A DNA stretch of 64,000 nucleotides. Origin: an uncultured archaeon (GTDB lineage: Archaea; Iainarchaeota; Iainarchaeia; Iainarchaeales; JAAZKV01). Position numbers and translations under genes: made by a program. The notes below the pieces were generated by a model. It searched no databases. It was not told the DNA's origin and was given only the letters and a program-made list of their open reading frames with translations. The DNA is taken from the NCBI GenBank assembly GCA_964534045.1, contig CAZHNO010000001.1, positions 129,786 to 193,785 on the forward strand. The letters run 5' to 3'. Shown one piece after another: positions 1 to 10,338 of the stretch (the stretch's first letter is position 1; each line of letters starts with the position of its first letter).

Positions 1-100
1 ATAAACATGGGTGGTTTGAAAAATTAACCATTTATAGATAAAGTGTGAAAAATGATACGTCAATTGACTTATTTTTAGTAGTTTTTATAAAGGAAAAATC

Positions 101-1519
101 TTGCATTTTCTTATGCTGGAAATTGGTTATTTAGTGATTCCTACTGAATTTTCTAAGAAAATAAGCGAATGCAAGAGTGGAGCAGTTGTAAAGAAAAAAG
201 ACAAAAATTACTTTTTGCTGGATTTTCCTGAACTTATTGAAAGGGAACAAAAAATATTTAATGAAGTAATGAATGAATTAAAGCAATCAAAGGTAATTGT
301 CAAAGGCAAGAGTGATGTTTATTTTTTTCTTAAAAATTATTGTTTAGAAAACTTTGTTATTTTAAGAAAGGATCAACGAGAAAAAATAATTCTTTTGCTT
401 GAATGGGAGACACTTGGCAATAGTGTTTTGGAACCATTATTAAGTGAACCTGATTTTGAAGAAATTGTAATTAATGGAAAAGATAAACCGATAATGCTTT
501 ATCATAATATTTTTGGGTGGCTCACAACAAATGTATATTTTACATCTGAAGATAAGATAAAAAATATTCTAAATAGAATTGCTTCTCCATTAGGAAGGCA
601 ATTGAGTTATAATAATCCTATTTTGAATGCCACACTTAACAATGGTTCAAGATTAAATGCTTCTATGGATCCAATCGCTTTTTCTGGAATTAATGCCACT
701 ATAAGAAAATTTAAAGAAAATCCTTTCACTCCAAGAGATTTGATATCAAATAAAACAATTAATGAAAAGGCAATGGCTTTTTTGTGGCTCGCAATGCAAA
801 CTTCTTCTTCAATTCTTATTTGTGGAAATACTGGTTCTGGAAAAACAACAACCCTAAATAGTTTGTTTTGTTTTTTGCCAAATGATGAAAGAATTGTTGT
901 TGCTGAAGAAACTCCAGAAATTGTTTTACCGCAAGAGCACAAGGTTAAACTTAATACTGCTGAACAAGTGAAAATTGGTTTGGAAAAATTAATTGAAAAT
1001 ACATTTAGAATGCGGCCAGATAGGGTTATTGTTGGAGAAATTAGAAGTAAAGAAGAAGCAAAAGCTTTTGTAAATACTATGTTAGCGGGACAGGCAAAAG
1101 GTTCCTATGCAACATTTCACGCAGAAAGTGCCTCTGAAGGTTTACAAAGAATGAAAACTTTTGGTGTTGAAGAGAATACTTTAAGCGTGATTGATTTAGT
1201 TGTTGTTCAGAAAAGAATAACAAAAATTGATTCTAAGAATAATTCTAGAAAAGAGGAACGAAAAGTTACTGAAATTTGTGAAATAATTAAAAATGAAAAT
1301 GGCTTTGAATTAAACAAATTATTTGAATTTAATGATGTGAAAAGGATTTTGAAAAAGATTAATGAATCTATAAGGGTTAAAGAAAAAATAAAAAATACTT
1401 TTTCTTGTGATGAAAAAGAGTATTCAAAAATAATTGAAGAAAAAGAAATTATTTTAAAAAACCTAAACCAAGATATTTCTTTTAATGAGTTTTTTGATTT
1501 AGTGAATATTGAAAAATAA
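101..1519 (+). CDS. Type II/IV secretion (Tad/CpaF/VirB11-like) ATPase
   Basis: Walker A GNTGSGKTT, Asp box AEETPEI, RMRPDRVIVGEIR, His box ATFHAES. Start uncertain (TTG 101 or ATG 113). Confidence 0.92.
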   Translation: MHFLMLEIGYLVIPTEFSKKISECKSGAVVKKKDKNYFLLDFPELIEREQKIFNEVMNELKQSKVIVKGKSDVYFFLKNYCLENFVILRKDQREKIILLLEWETLGNSVLEPLLSEPDFEEIVINGKDKPIMLYHNIFGWLTTNVYFTSEDKIKNILNRIASPLGRQLSYNNPILNATLNNGSRLNASMDPIAFSGINATIRKFKENPFTPRDLISNKTINEKAMAFLWLAMQTSSSILICGNTGSGKTTTLNSLFCFLPNDERIVVAEETPEIVLPQEHKVKLNTAEQVKIGLEKLIENTFRMRPDRVIVGEIRSKEEAKAFVNTMLAGQAKGSYATFHAESASEGLQRMKTFGVEENTLSVIDLVVVQKRITKIDSKNNSRKEERKVTEICEIIKNENGFELNKLFEFNDVKRILKKINESIRVKEKIKNTFSCDEKEYSKIIEEKEIILKNLNQDISFNEFFDLVNIEK

Positions 1520-1562
1520 AAAATTTAATTAATTTATTTTCAGAAAAAAAGAATTTGCTTAT

Positions 1563-3005
1563 CTAATAAGATTTTGCGATGTAGGTTATTGTTGTTGCTT
1601 TTTTTCCACAAACAATACATTTGCCTTTTGCTTTTTCATCAACATCTATTCTTGTGCCTCTGACTTCTCCACCAGTTTCTTTTTCTATTACTTCAGCACA
1701 TTTTTCTCCATCTTTATCACAAGAACAAAACTCAACTCTTGCAATTCCTTTTCCAATTATTTCATTCACTTCTTTTATTGTTGAAGCATCTCTAATTATT
1801 CTTTTGAAATTTTTATAAGCAATATCTTTCAAATTTTTTGACAAATCCTGTCCTTCTGAAAGAACTTTTTTTAACAAGTCTTTTTCATTAATTGGAACTT
1901 TCTTTTCAGTATCTCTTCTATAGAGCATTACTTTTTTATTTTTCAAATCATTTGGACCAATATCAATTCTTATTGGAACTCCTTTCATTTCCCAGAAATA
2001 ATATTTTTCTCCAGGGCGCTTATCAGAATTGTCTATTATTACTCTCAAATTTTCTTTTTCAAGCATTTCTTTTATTTCATTTGCTTTTTTCAAAACCTTT
2101 GGTTCTTTTTCTGCAAGAACTGGAATAATTACTACTTGTGCAGGAGCAATTTCAAAAGGGAATTTTAATCCTTTGTTATCTCCATGAGTTAATATTACTG
2201 AAGCAAAAATTCTTGAAACACATGGCCCATAACAAGTTAAGTATGCAAATTGTTCTTTTTCATTTTCATCAGTAAATTTTACATTAAATGGCTTTGAAAA
2301 ATTTTGCCCAAGCATGTGTGTGCTTGGTTGTTGAACAACTCTCCCACTCGGAGTTATTGCATCAGCACCAAATGTTGCATTCGCACCTGGAAATTTATCC
2401 CATTCTGGTCTTTTAAAAACAATTGTTGGAATTCCAAAAACACCATACACAATATCTTTTGTTGTTTGCATATCTGCTAAAACATTTTCATAGGCTTCTT
2501 TTTCTGTTGCAAAAGCATTATGTGTTTCAATCCAATAAAATTCTCTACTTCTTAAGAAAGGGCGAGTTGCTTTTGTTTCGTAACGAAAAACATTTGCTCT
2601 TTGATATGTTTTGAAAGGCATATCTTTGTAAGAGCGAATCCATTGTGAAAACATTGAATAGAATGCTGTTTCTGATGTTGGGCGTAAAGCTAATTTTTCT
2701 TCTAATTGAGTTTCTCCACCATGTGTTACCCAAAACACTTGTGGAGTGAAACCTTCAACGTGTTCTGCTTCTAAAAAGAAATTCTTTTCTGGTATTACTG
2801 TTGGATACCAGTATTTTTGGTGGCCTCTTTTTTTCAAATCTTTTTCTAAATAATAGAACATTGCTTCCATTGCTTCAACACTCCATGGTTGGAAAACAAG
2901 GAATCCTTTTACACCATACCTCATGTCAGCTAGTTCTGCAGATTTTATTATTTCTGTGAACCATTCACTTGGATTTTTTTCTTTGTCAATATTAAAAGTT
3001 TCCAT
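1563..3005 (-). CDS. proS: Proline--tRNA ligase, archaeal/eukaryotic type
   Basis: LALRPTSET, FRYETKATRPFLRSREF, HMLGQNFS, anticodon domain EMKGVPIRIDIGP, C-terminal CIVCG...AKSY. Start set at ATG 3005 (METFNIDK); the track extends it to 3038. Confidence 0.97.
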   Translation of the reverse strand: METFNIDKEKNPSEWFTEIIKSAELADMRYGVKGFLVFQPWSVEAMEAMFYYLEKDLKKRGHQKYWYPTVIPEKNFFLEAEHVEGFTPQVFWVTHGGETQLEEKLALRPTSETAFYSMFSQWIRSYKDMPFKTYQRANVFRYETKATRPFLRSREFYWIETHNAFATEKEAYENVLADMQTTKDIVYGVFGIPTIVFKRPEWDKFPGANATFGADAITPSGRVVQQPSTHMLGQNFSKPFNVKFTDENEKEQFAYLTCYGPCVSRIFASVILTHGDNKGLKFPFEIAPAQVVIIPVLAEKEPKVLKKANEIKEMLEKENLRVIIDNSDKRPGEKYYFWEMKGVPIRIDIGPNDLKNKKVMLYRRDTEKKVPINEKDLLKKVLSEGQDLSKNLKDIAYKNFKRIIRDASTIKEVNEIIGKGIARVEFCSCDKDGEKCAEVIEKETGGEVRGTRIDVDEKAKGKCIVCGKKATTITYIAKSY

Positions 3006-3145
3006 TTTTATCAGCTTATTTTGCGTTTTAAATAACAATATCAGGAGGAAATGGTTTAAATTAGTTTTCGTGAGCTGGTAATTTCAAATTAGACAAAAGA
3101 CGAAATAAGGATTTTTATTATAAAGGATAAATTTGAATTTTCTTT

Positions 3146-4042
3146 ATGAAAATTGAAATTGATTTAGGCAAAATAGACAAGTTTTTAGATAAGATTAGAA
3201 AAAGTGTATCAAAAGAACAAGTTAATGGCAAGGAAGGGATAATTGGCAAATTGAACAATGGAAGCAAGAAGAGCTTTTTAGACAAAAAAATTGAAAAAAA
3301 AGCTGGTTTTTATGGAAAAGGTTTTGAAAAACATAAAAAAGAAAGTTTGAAATTGAGTGTTTTTGTTTCACTTTTCTTTCTACTAATAATTAACTTATAC
3401 ATAATGAATTTGTTTTTGTCCATTGCTTTCTCAATAATTTTTTTTCTATTAATTTTTTTACTTGTTCTTCAAATCCCCCTATTAAAAAAAATTAAAATGC
3501 GAAAAAAAATTGAAGCTGAGATGCCTTTTTTTCTCACAAATTTAATTACTGAATTGAAAACTGGAAAATCTGTTTTTCAAGCAATTGAAAATTGCTCAAG
3601 CAATTTAGCAGGAAAAGAGTACCACAAAATATTGGAACAAGTAAAACAAGGAGTGAGTTTTCAAGAGGCATTGCAAGAAATGAATTCTGAATTTAATAGT
3701 TTGATAATTAAAAGAGTGAATAGTAATTTGAATAATATTTATTTGAATGGAAATGATGTTTATAGTTTGAAAAAATTTACTGACGAATTGCTTTTGAGAC
3801 AAAGAATTGAAAGTAAAGAATTTAGTGGAAAAATGGTTGTTTACGCATTGGTGTTCATTGCTGTTTCTGCAATTGTGCCTGCAATGTTCACTAGCTTTAT
3901 TTTAATTGGAAGCTATTTCATGGAAATTAATTTTTCAGCTTTGCAAGTATTTTGTATAATTGTTTTTGTTTTTCCAATTATTGATGCACTAGTTTTGTTT
4001 ATGATTAATTCAAAAACACCAATATTTTTGAGAGGTAATTGA
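3146..4042 (+). CDS. Type II secretion system F family (TadB/TadC-like) membrane protein
   Basis: TM pair, IEAEMPFFL...LKTGKS T2SSF-like segment, C-terminal TMs; abuts a paralogue and lies near the ATPase. Confidence 0.82.
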   Translation: MKIEIDLGKIDKFLDKIRKSVSKEQVNGKEGIIGKLNNGSKKSFLDKKIEKKAGFYGKGFEKHKKESLKLSVFVSLFFLLIINLYIMNLFLSIAFSIIFFLLIFLLVLQIPLLKKIKMRKKIEAEMPFFLTNLITELKTGKSVFQAIENCSSNLAGKEYHKILEQVKQGVSFQEALQEMNSEFNSLIIKRVNSNLNNIYLNGNDVYSLKKFTDELLLRQRIESKEFSGKMVVYALVFIAVSAIVPAMFTSFILIGSYFMEINFSALQVFCIIVFVFPIIDALVLFMINSKTPIFLRGN

Positions 4043-4984
4043 ATGGAGGCAACTGATTTTTTTAGAAAAACATTTGCATTTATTTTTGGAGAGGAAAAAT
4101 TAAATCACTTTGAAGAAAAATTATTACTTAATAATTCTTTCAAAGGAAAATTTGATTTCTTTTTACTATTTTGTGTTGGTGAAGGAATTGCTTTTTTAAT
4201 TGGGGCAATGTTTCTGTTATTTTATATTAATCTTGAGATAGATAAAAAAATAATTTTGGTTTGTATTGTTTTTTTTGTTCCTTTTTTGCTTAATTATTTA
4301 TGGCAAGATATTAAATTTGAAAAGCGAAAAAAGAAAAAGGAAGAATTACTACCTGAACTTTTGCTTGAAGCAAGTGTTTTTTATGATAATAATTCTTTGT
4401 TGAAAAATATTGAAAAATTAGCACAAATTGATTTGCCATTATTAAATGAAGATTTTGAAAGAGTGCTTGTTTGGATTAATAATGGTTCAAGTGTTACTGA
4501 GGCATTGTTTAGAATGAAAAGACTGAATAAAAGTAAGAGCATTGACAGGGTTGTTGATTTGCTTTTACAAGGTTATGAATCTGGAATTGAAATGAATGAG
4601 TTGTTGAAGGAAACTGCTGAAGATTTATTGGAAAATAAATCTATTTTAAGAGAAAGGCAGGCAGTGATGCTTGTAACAAAATATACTTTGTTTTTAGCAT
4701 CTGGTTTAATTGTGCCAAGTATTTTTGGCTTAATAATTGGTTTAGTGAATGGTCTGAATTTTGGTTTGATTGATAGTTTGGAAATTGGTTTAAGTGTTAC
4801 GGAACGAACAACCTTGTTTTCTTTTAGTGTGTTGGGAGCAAATATTTACATTATAGAATTTACTTTGTTAAGCAGTTTCTTTTTAGCTTTGCAAGAAAAT
4901 AATAAAAAACAATTTTGGGTTTTTGCTTTTTTATTATGCCCCATTGCTTTGATTTGTTTTTTTATTGCGCAAACTTTTATCTAA
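4043..4984 (+). CDS. Type II secretion system F family (TadC-like) membrane protein
   Basis: EELLPELLLEAS...NGSSVTEAL...GYESG pattern plus TM helices; starts immediately after the previous stop. Confidence 0.82.
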   Translation: MEATDFFRKTFAFIFGEEKLNHFEEKLLLNNSFKGKFDFFLLFCVGEGIAFLIGAMFLLFYINLEIDKKIILVCIVFFVPFLLNYLWQDIKFEKRKKKKEELLPELLLEASVFYDNNSLLKNIEKLAQIDLPLLNEDFERVLVWINNGSSVTEALFRMKRLNKSKSIDRVVDLLLQGYESGIEMNELLKETAEDLLENKSILRERQAVMLVTKYTLFLASGLIVPSIFGLIIGLVNGLNFGLIDSLEIGLSVTERTTLFSFSVLGANIYIIEFTLLSSFFLALQENNKKQFWVFAFLLCPIALICFFIAQTFI

Positions 4985-5021
4985 TCCCAAGATTTAATAA
5001 TGAGTTAAACATTATTTTGTT

Positions 5022-5780
5022 ATGGTAAAAGAAGATAATTTTAAAGAACTTTTTACATTTGTTGAAAAAATAGATATTTCTTTACAAGGATACACTTTAA
5101 TTGAAGGTTTTCCTGATCTTGGTTTGGCGGGAACAATAGGAGCTAAATACTTGGTAGAAAAATTAAAATTTGAAGAATATGGTTATTTAGATTCTAGATT
5201 ATTTTTACCAATTATTAGAATTGAGAATGGGGTTCCAATGCACCCAGTTAGGCTGTATATCAATCGTCAATATAAAACAATAATAATTTTTTCTGAACAA
5301 ATTATTTCAAATAATATTGCAGGGTATGTTGCCCATGTTTTGGTTGATTGGATAAAGAAAAAGAAAATTAAGACTATTATTGCTACTTCTGGAATAAGTA
5401 TTCCTGATGGGAAAAGTGTTTATGCTTTCGCGAGCAATGAATATTCAAAAAGAGTAATTAAGAAAAAAGAATTAGAGTTAGTTAATAATGGTATTACTTC
5501 GGGTGTTACTGCTTTATTAATGCTTTATTTAAAGGATAATAAAATTGATGCTTTTTGTTTAATGGGTAATGCAAAAAATAATGCTGATTATCATGCAGCT
5601 GCAGAAATTGTTAAGGCTTTTTGTAAACTTATTGGAATGCCAATTGACGTAAAACCCCTATTGAAAGAGGCAAAGAAAATTGAAGCAGCAGTTACTGAAC
5701 ACCTGAAGACTCTTGAGATTCAACAAGGTGATGAATCTGATATTTCAAAAAAGATTTCTAGCACTCCAATGTATGTTTAA
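5022..5780 (+). CDS. PAC2 family proteasome assembly chaperone
   Basis: LIEGFPDLGLAGTIGAKYL, ITSGVTALL, LLKEAKKIE and C-terminal PMYV, typical of archaeal PAC2. Confidence 0.88.
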   Translation: MVKEDNFKELFTFVEKIDISLQGYTLIEGFPDLGLAGTIGAKYLVEKLKFEEYGYLDSRLFLPIIRIENGVPMHPVRLYINRQYKTIIIFSEQIISNNIAGYVAHVLVDWIKKKKIKTIIATSGISIPDGKSVYAFASNEYSKRVIKKKELELVNNGITSGVTALLMLYLKDNKIDAFCLMGNAKNNADYHAAAEIVKAFCKLIGMPIDVKPLLKEAKKIEAAVTEHLKTLEIQQGDESDISKKISSTPMYV

Positions 5781-5883
5781 AATTCTAAAAAAATTTATTT
5801 TAATTATAAAAATTTTATTTACCAATAATTTAATTGATGGAATTTATTTTGCTTATTTAATTGTTAAAACTAGTTTTATTTAA

Positions 5884-8800
5884 TTACTTTTTCTTTTTTT
5901 GTATTTTTTGTGTTGAAATAAATGCTAACATTAAGAATGCTGCAATAAAAATTACTAATCCAGCAACTGTTTCTGGTAGAGATGGTATGTTGAATCCCGA
6001 GCCTGTTTGTGTTCCAATATTAAATGTCATTGGGTTGCCCGCTGTCCCTGTTACATTTCCATTTTCATCTGTTCCAAAGTAAGCCCCTTGATCTTTGAAT
6101 GCTTGGTTTAGTGGCATTTGTATTCCATTCTCTGGATACCATTGCCCCGTATTAGAATCAAACCAAAATGAACCATTTGGTCCTTGTGCAGTTCTCAAAG
6201 TTTCTGGTGCCGCCCCATTGTAAGATACTTTTGGGATTCCATTATCTGCATCAAATTCTAGTGTGTGTGTTTTTCCATCTGCGGTTTTGAATTGTATTGT
6301 GCCATCATCTAATTGTTTTAGTCCGCCAACAATTTCTTCATCCACCAATATTTTTCCAGTTTCTTTATCAATTACTCTAAAATAATCTTTACATTCACCT
6401 GTTTTGGGATCAACTTTTGCATAAAATTCATATATTTTTCCATCTGTTGTAAATTGTGTAAATGGACCCAAATGTTTCATTGATGTATTAAAGTTTTCTA
6501 CTCTCGCTAATCCTAATTGATCATTTGGATAACCTTCTGCTTCTAATTCTATTGCTGGTTGTTCACATTCTGTTTCAGGGTCTGTAATTGTTGTTGCTCT
6601 TGCTTTCATTCCTGAAACTTCTTTACTATTTAGAACGGCTTCTTTGTGTTGTCTTAACCAAACAACTAATTCATTTGTTTCTGGATTCAAAACAATCGAG
6701 CCGTGCTCAAAAGCCATTCCAATAAATTGTCCAGCTGAAATTTGTTTGTTTGCATCTTGTTCTAATCTTGCTTGCCAATAACCATCAATAATAAATCTTG
6801 CACCAAATTCTCCATAAACTCTATTTCCACTTCCTTCTAATTGTATTTTCCTATCTTGTACGAAAATATTTTCATAATTTTGTGTATTTATTGCTTGTAA
6901 ATTTCCAAACACTTGTGTTAATTCGTTTCCTGAATATTCTATTCCTGATTGTGCTTTGATTGCTTTTTGTATACAATCTAATACTTGTGCTTCTCTAATG
7001 TTTACTTCGCCAAGAGTGTTAATTTCAAAAACTATTTCTGAATTATTTGGTGCTGAAACTGTTGTAACTGTTTTTGGTATAACTTTTGCTGGGATTCTAT
7101 TGTCTTGTGTTGTTAGCCCAACAATTTCTGGTTTGTTTGAAACTACTTTCTTTCCATTAATTAAAATATCTCCATTTGCATAATCTTCAATCACTTCTGT
7201 GTTTCCATCTTTTGTTACTGAAACTCCATCAGTCTTTAATCCAATTGGCATTAAGTTATCTTTGAACCAAATGTAAAAGATTTCTTTTGCCATTGCATTT
7301 CCTGAGCTTGGTGGAAGCATTTCTATTGTTGCTTGTAATATGTTTGCTTGTTTTGCTTGTCCTGCAAAGTCATCAAATTCTTCTTTTATTGAACCGATTG
7401 ATTCTGCTACTGGATTATCAGTTTGTGATGTAAATTCATTAACTTTTTCAGTTAAATCAGCTATTGCCGAAGTTACTGTTTCATTTGACATTGTTTGTTT
7501 TGATTTTGCTTTTGCTTGTTCTTGACTTGGGGGAGAATAGAAATGTAAATAATATCCTTCTTTATCGTCAATACAATCTTGTAATTCAGGAGTAATTAAT
7601 ATTTGTTGAACTCCTGTTGCTATTAAACCAAAACCAGGATTTATTGCATATGCTAATGATTCAGGCGCAGAAACCAGTAATCCGGCAACATTTCCTGCCC
7701 AACCAAGTTTTAATTTTCTTAATTTTGCATCACAACTAGTTTTCTCATCATTTGCTGATGCAATATTTATTTCTTGTCCTTGAATTTCGCCTGTTGCGCC
7801 TTTTAAGTTTGAGTGGTGTACATACGCTATTAATGTTGTTCCTTCTTCTTTTGCAGTTGTTTCATCTACCGCTTCAACAATAAAACCACTTATATTTACT
7901 GGTGCTTTGATTGCGAAACCTAAATAATCTTGTTTTGAATTTATGCTCGCTGTACAACCTGAACAATTTTCATTATGGGAATAAAATGCAATGTCCATTA
8001 CTTCATCTCGCATAATGTTTGTGCTTCCTAATCCTCCTTCCCCACTATATTGTCTTAATTTTTCTCCTATTTGTGGTGAAAGAGTATCTGCTACTTCTTT
8101 TACCAAATAATTATGGACAAAAACAAAACCATTAATTACTTTTGTAAACAAATCTCCTTGGTCAGAGCCCTCATTTGCAAAAAAATCTATATATGAATCT
8201 TTGTAAATGTTATCTTGTCCTTGTGATACTATCATTGTTGTCCATGAGTCAGGAAGCATGTATGCTGAAAAGTTTTCATTTCCAAATCCTCTTTTCATTT
8301 GCCATAAACCAATTGGACCCAAAGCAACTTTTGCAAATGCAGCACTATTTAATTTTAGAGTGTAATAATCTTTAATCAAATTTTGTTCTTTTGCAAACAG
8401 AGCATCTAAAGCACTTAATGATTTTCTCTCATTAAATTCAACTCTTGTTGCTAATCCTCTTTGAACATTATTCAAGTTTATTTCTGCAATATTAATTCTT
8501 CCAGTTATTCTATCTTGTGTAATAACATTTGCAAATTCTGCAGGAGTTAGTTCTCTTGCTGGAGAATAAACTGTTTTGAATACATCCACTGTTGTTCCTG
8601 TTGCTGGATTATTTCTTAAAGCATTTACTGTTGTAGCATTCAATGGCAACATTCCTTGCCCAGGAACATTTACACTAAGCGTTCTATTACCTAATTTTGC
8701 TAACAAAGAATCTAAATCTGAAAGTGGGACTGTTTCAAATAATTCTGTTGGAGCAAGTTTGTATAATTGTACATTTCCAGTTGCTGCTCTAACCATTGAT

Positions 8801-10317
8801 GAATTAGTCCAATCACCAGTATCAGCAAAGGGTTTCAATAATCCTTTTGTGAAATTAAATGTTTCTCCAGTAGTTAAATCAACAAATCCTTCATCTGCTA
8901 CAAAACCTGCTTTTTTTACTGCAAGTCCTGCCCAACCAGTTAGTTCTTGATTTTGGTGAATCCATTGTGGAGCATCTAAGAAAACAACATCATCCCAAGA
9001 AAGATATTGATTTCCAACTCGTCTCCCATAATCAATCAAATCATTAACGCCATGTGGTGAAGATTGATATACTGATTTGGCTGCCTTTACTTGTTCATTA
9101 CTTGTGGCAGCAAATGCTTTTAAGTCATCTAATGCTTGGAAAAACTTTTTCTTTCCTTCAGGAGTTAAATTATTTAAAGGAGACTTTGCTACATCGAGTA
9201 CTTCATCAACATAGCCCCCAGCTCCTGCTGCAAAAGCTTTTTTACCAATTGTTAAATCTTTAAAATAAGTTCCTAAACCAAACTCATCTTTTAATGCATT
9301 ATATCTTTCAAATCTTTTTCTTCCTAACAATGTTAATGGAGTTTCACTAACCAAATTTTGTTTACCTTTTATCCATTTATTTACAGATTGTAATAATTTG
9401 TTCCCTGTATCTCCCTTAGGACCTGAAGTAATTAACCCTAATTGTTTTGCTGCGGAGTGGAACAAAGCTGGACCAAATGCAGATACAACCATTTCACTTG
9501 AAAACCATGAATTAAAATACTTATCAAAAACAGAGTAAGTTGAAATCATACAAGCATTGTTGTTACAAGTTGTTGCACTCTTCGCTGTGTATTGTTCGGT
9601 TTGGAAAGAATTTGCTATTTGTTCCCCTTGACTTAGTTGAACTATTTGTACATTCAAATCGTTTACATCATAAACTTGATTTTGCATTGCAGTAAATTCT
9701 TCTTCACTTAATCCAAGTGCTTTTTCTTTTGTAAAATCTGCAAAGGTTCCTGCAGCACTCACAAACATATTTGAAACACCCGTTCCAGACATTCTATAAT
9801 TCAAACCATTTCCATAAACACGACATTGTTCTTGTGACATATCTTTACATCTACCAACTCTGAGCGTGTCATCTAAAAGCAAACCAATACCAAATGGGCC
9901 TGAAATCATTCTTCCATCAAAAAAACTAAATCTATCTGGTGAAGCTGCTTGTGAAGGAGGAGATTCTTTTACCGCTGTTTTTCCATCATTATCTTTTCCA
10001 ACTAATTCTAAACCTTCTAAATTTATTCCATCAGCATTAACATCTTTTCCATCACCAATTTCTTCCCCTTGAAAGCCTTCATGAGTTAAATTCATTAAAG
10101 ATTTTGCTTCCATTGGAGTTAGGGCAGAAACATCACAAGTAAATCCTTGTGAACTAACAGGTGTTTGTTCACTCTCATTTGTATTAACATCACCATTTGT
10201 AGAATCGATTCCTTCTTCTTCAAAATATAATTGTGTTGAATAAGCAAAAGCAGGATTGCTAAATAAAAGGCAAAGTAATACTATGCCAACAAACAATCCT
10301 TTTTGGAAACTATTCAT
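5884..10317 (-). CDS. Large secreted/surface protein (1477 aa) with a C-terminal membrane anchor or sorting signal
   Basis: N-terminal signal peptide ending AFA; C-terminus FNIPSLPE + hydrophobic helix + KIQKKKK; GGTG SD-like motif upstream. Confidence 0.8.
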   Translation of the reverse strand: MNSFQKGLFVGIVLLCLLFSNPAFAYSTQLYFEEEGIDSTNGDVNTNESEQTPVSSQGFTCDVSALTPMEAKSLMNLTHEGFQGEEIGDGKDVNADGINLEGLELVGKDNDGKTAVKESPPSQAASPDRFSFFDGRMISGPFGIGLLLDDTLRVGRCKDMSQEQCRVYGNGLNYRMSGTGVSNMFVSAAGTFADFTKEKALGLSEEEFTAMQNQVYDVNDLNVQIVQLSQGEQIANSFQTEQYTAKSATTCNNNACMISTYSVFDKYFNSWFSSEMVVSAFGPALFHSAAKQLGLITSGPKGDTGNKLLQSVNKWIKGKQNLVSETPLTLLGRKRFERYNALKDEFGLGTYFKDLTIGKKAFAAGAGGYVDEVLDVAKSPLNNLTPEGKKKFFQALDDLKAFAATSNEQVKAAKSVYQSSPHGVNDLIDYGRRVGNQYLSWDDVVFLDAPQWIHQNQELTGWAGLAVKKAGFVADEGFVDLTTGETFNFTKGLLKPFADTGDWTNSSMVRAATGNVQLYKLAPTELFETVPLSDLDSLLAKLGNRTLSVNVPGQGMLPLNATTVNALRNNPATGTTVDVFKTVYSPARELTPAEFANVITQDRITGRINIAEINLNNVQRGLATRVEFNERKSLSALDALFAKEQNLIKDYYTLKLNSAAFAKVALGPIGLWQMKRGFGNENFSAYMLPDSWTTMIVSQGQDNIYKDSYIDFFANEGSDQGDLFTKVINGFVFVHNYLVKEVADTLSPQIGEKLRQYSGEGGLGSTNIMRDEVMDIAFYSHNENCSGCTASINSKQDYLGFAIKAPVNISGFIVEAVDETTAKEEGTTLIAYVHHSNLKGATGEIQGQEINIASANDEKTSCDAKLRKLKLGWAGNVAGLLVSAPESLAYAINPGFGLIATGVQQILITPELQDCIDDKEGYYLHFYSPPSQEQAKAKSKQTMSNETVTSAIADLTEKVNEFTSQTDNPVAESIGSIKEEFDDFAGQAKQANILQATIEMLPPSSGNAMAKEIFYIWFKDNLMPIGLKTDGVSVTKDGNTEVIEDYANGDILINGKKVVSNKPEIVGLTTQDNRIPAKVIPKTVTTVSAPNNSEIVFEINTLGEVNIREAQVLDCIQKAIKAQSGIEYSGNELTQVFGNLQAINTQNYENIFVQDRKIQLEGSGNRVYGEFGARFIIDGYWQARLEQDANKQISAGQFIGMAFEHGSIVLNPETNELVVWLRQHKEAVLNSKEVSGMKARATTITDPETECEQPAIELEAEGYPNDQLGLARVENFNTSMKHLGPFTQFTTDGKIYEFYAKVDPKTGECKDYFRVIDKETGKILVDEEIVGGLKQLDDGTIQFKTADGKTHTLEFDADNGIPKVSYNGAAPETLRTAQGPNGSFWFDSNTGQWYPENGIQMPLNQAFKDQGAYFGTDENGNVTGTAGNPMTFNIGTQTGSGFNIPSLPETVAGLVIFIAAFLMLAFISTQKIQKKKK

Positions 10318-10338
10318 TCATACACCTAAATATATTCT

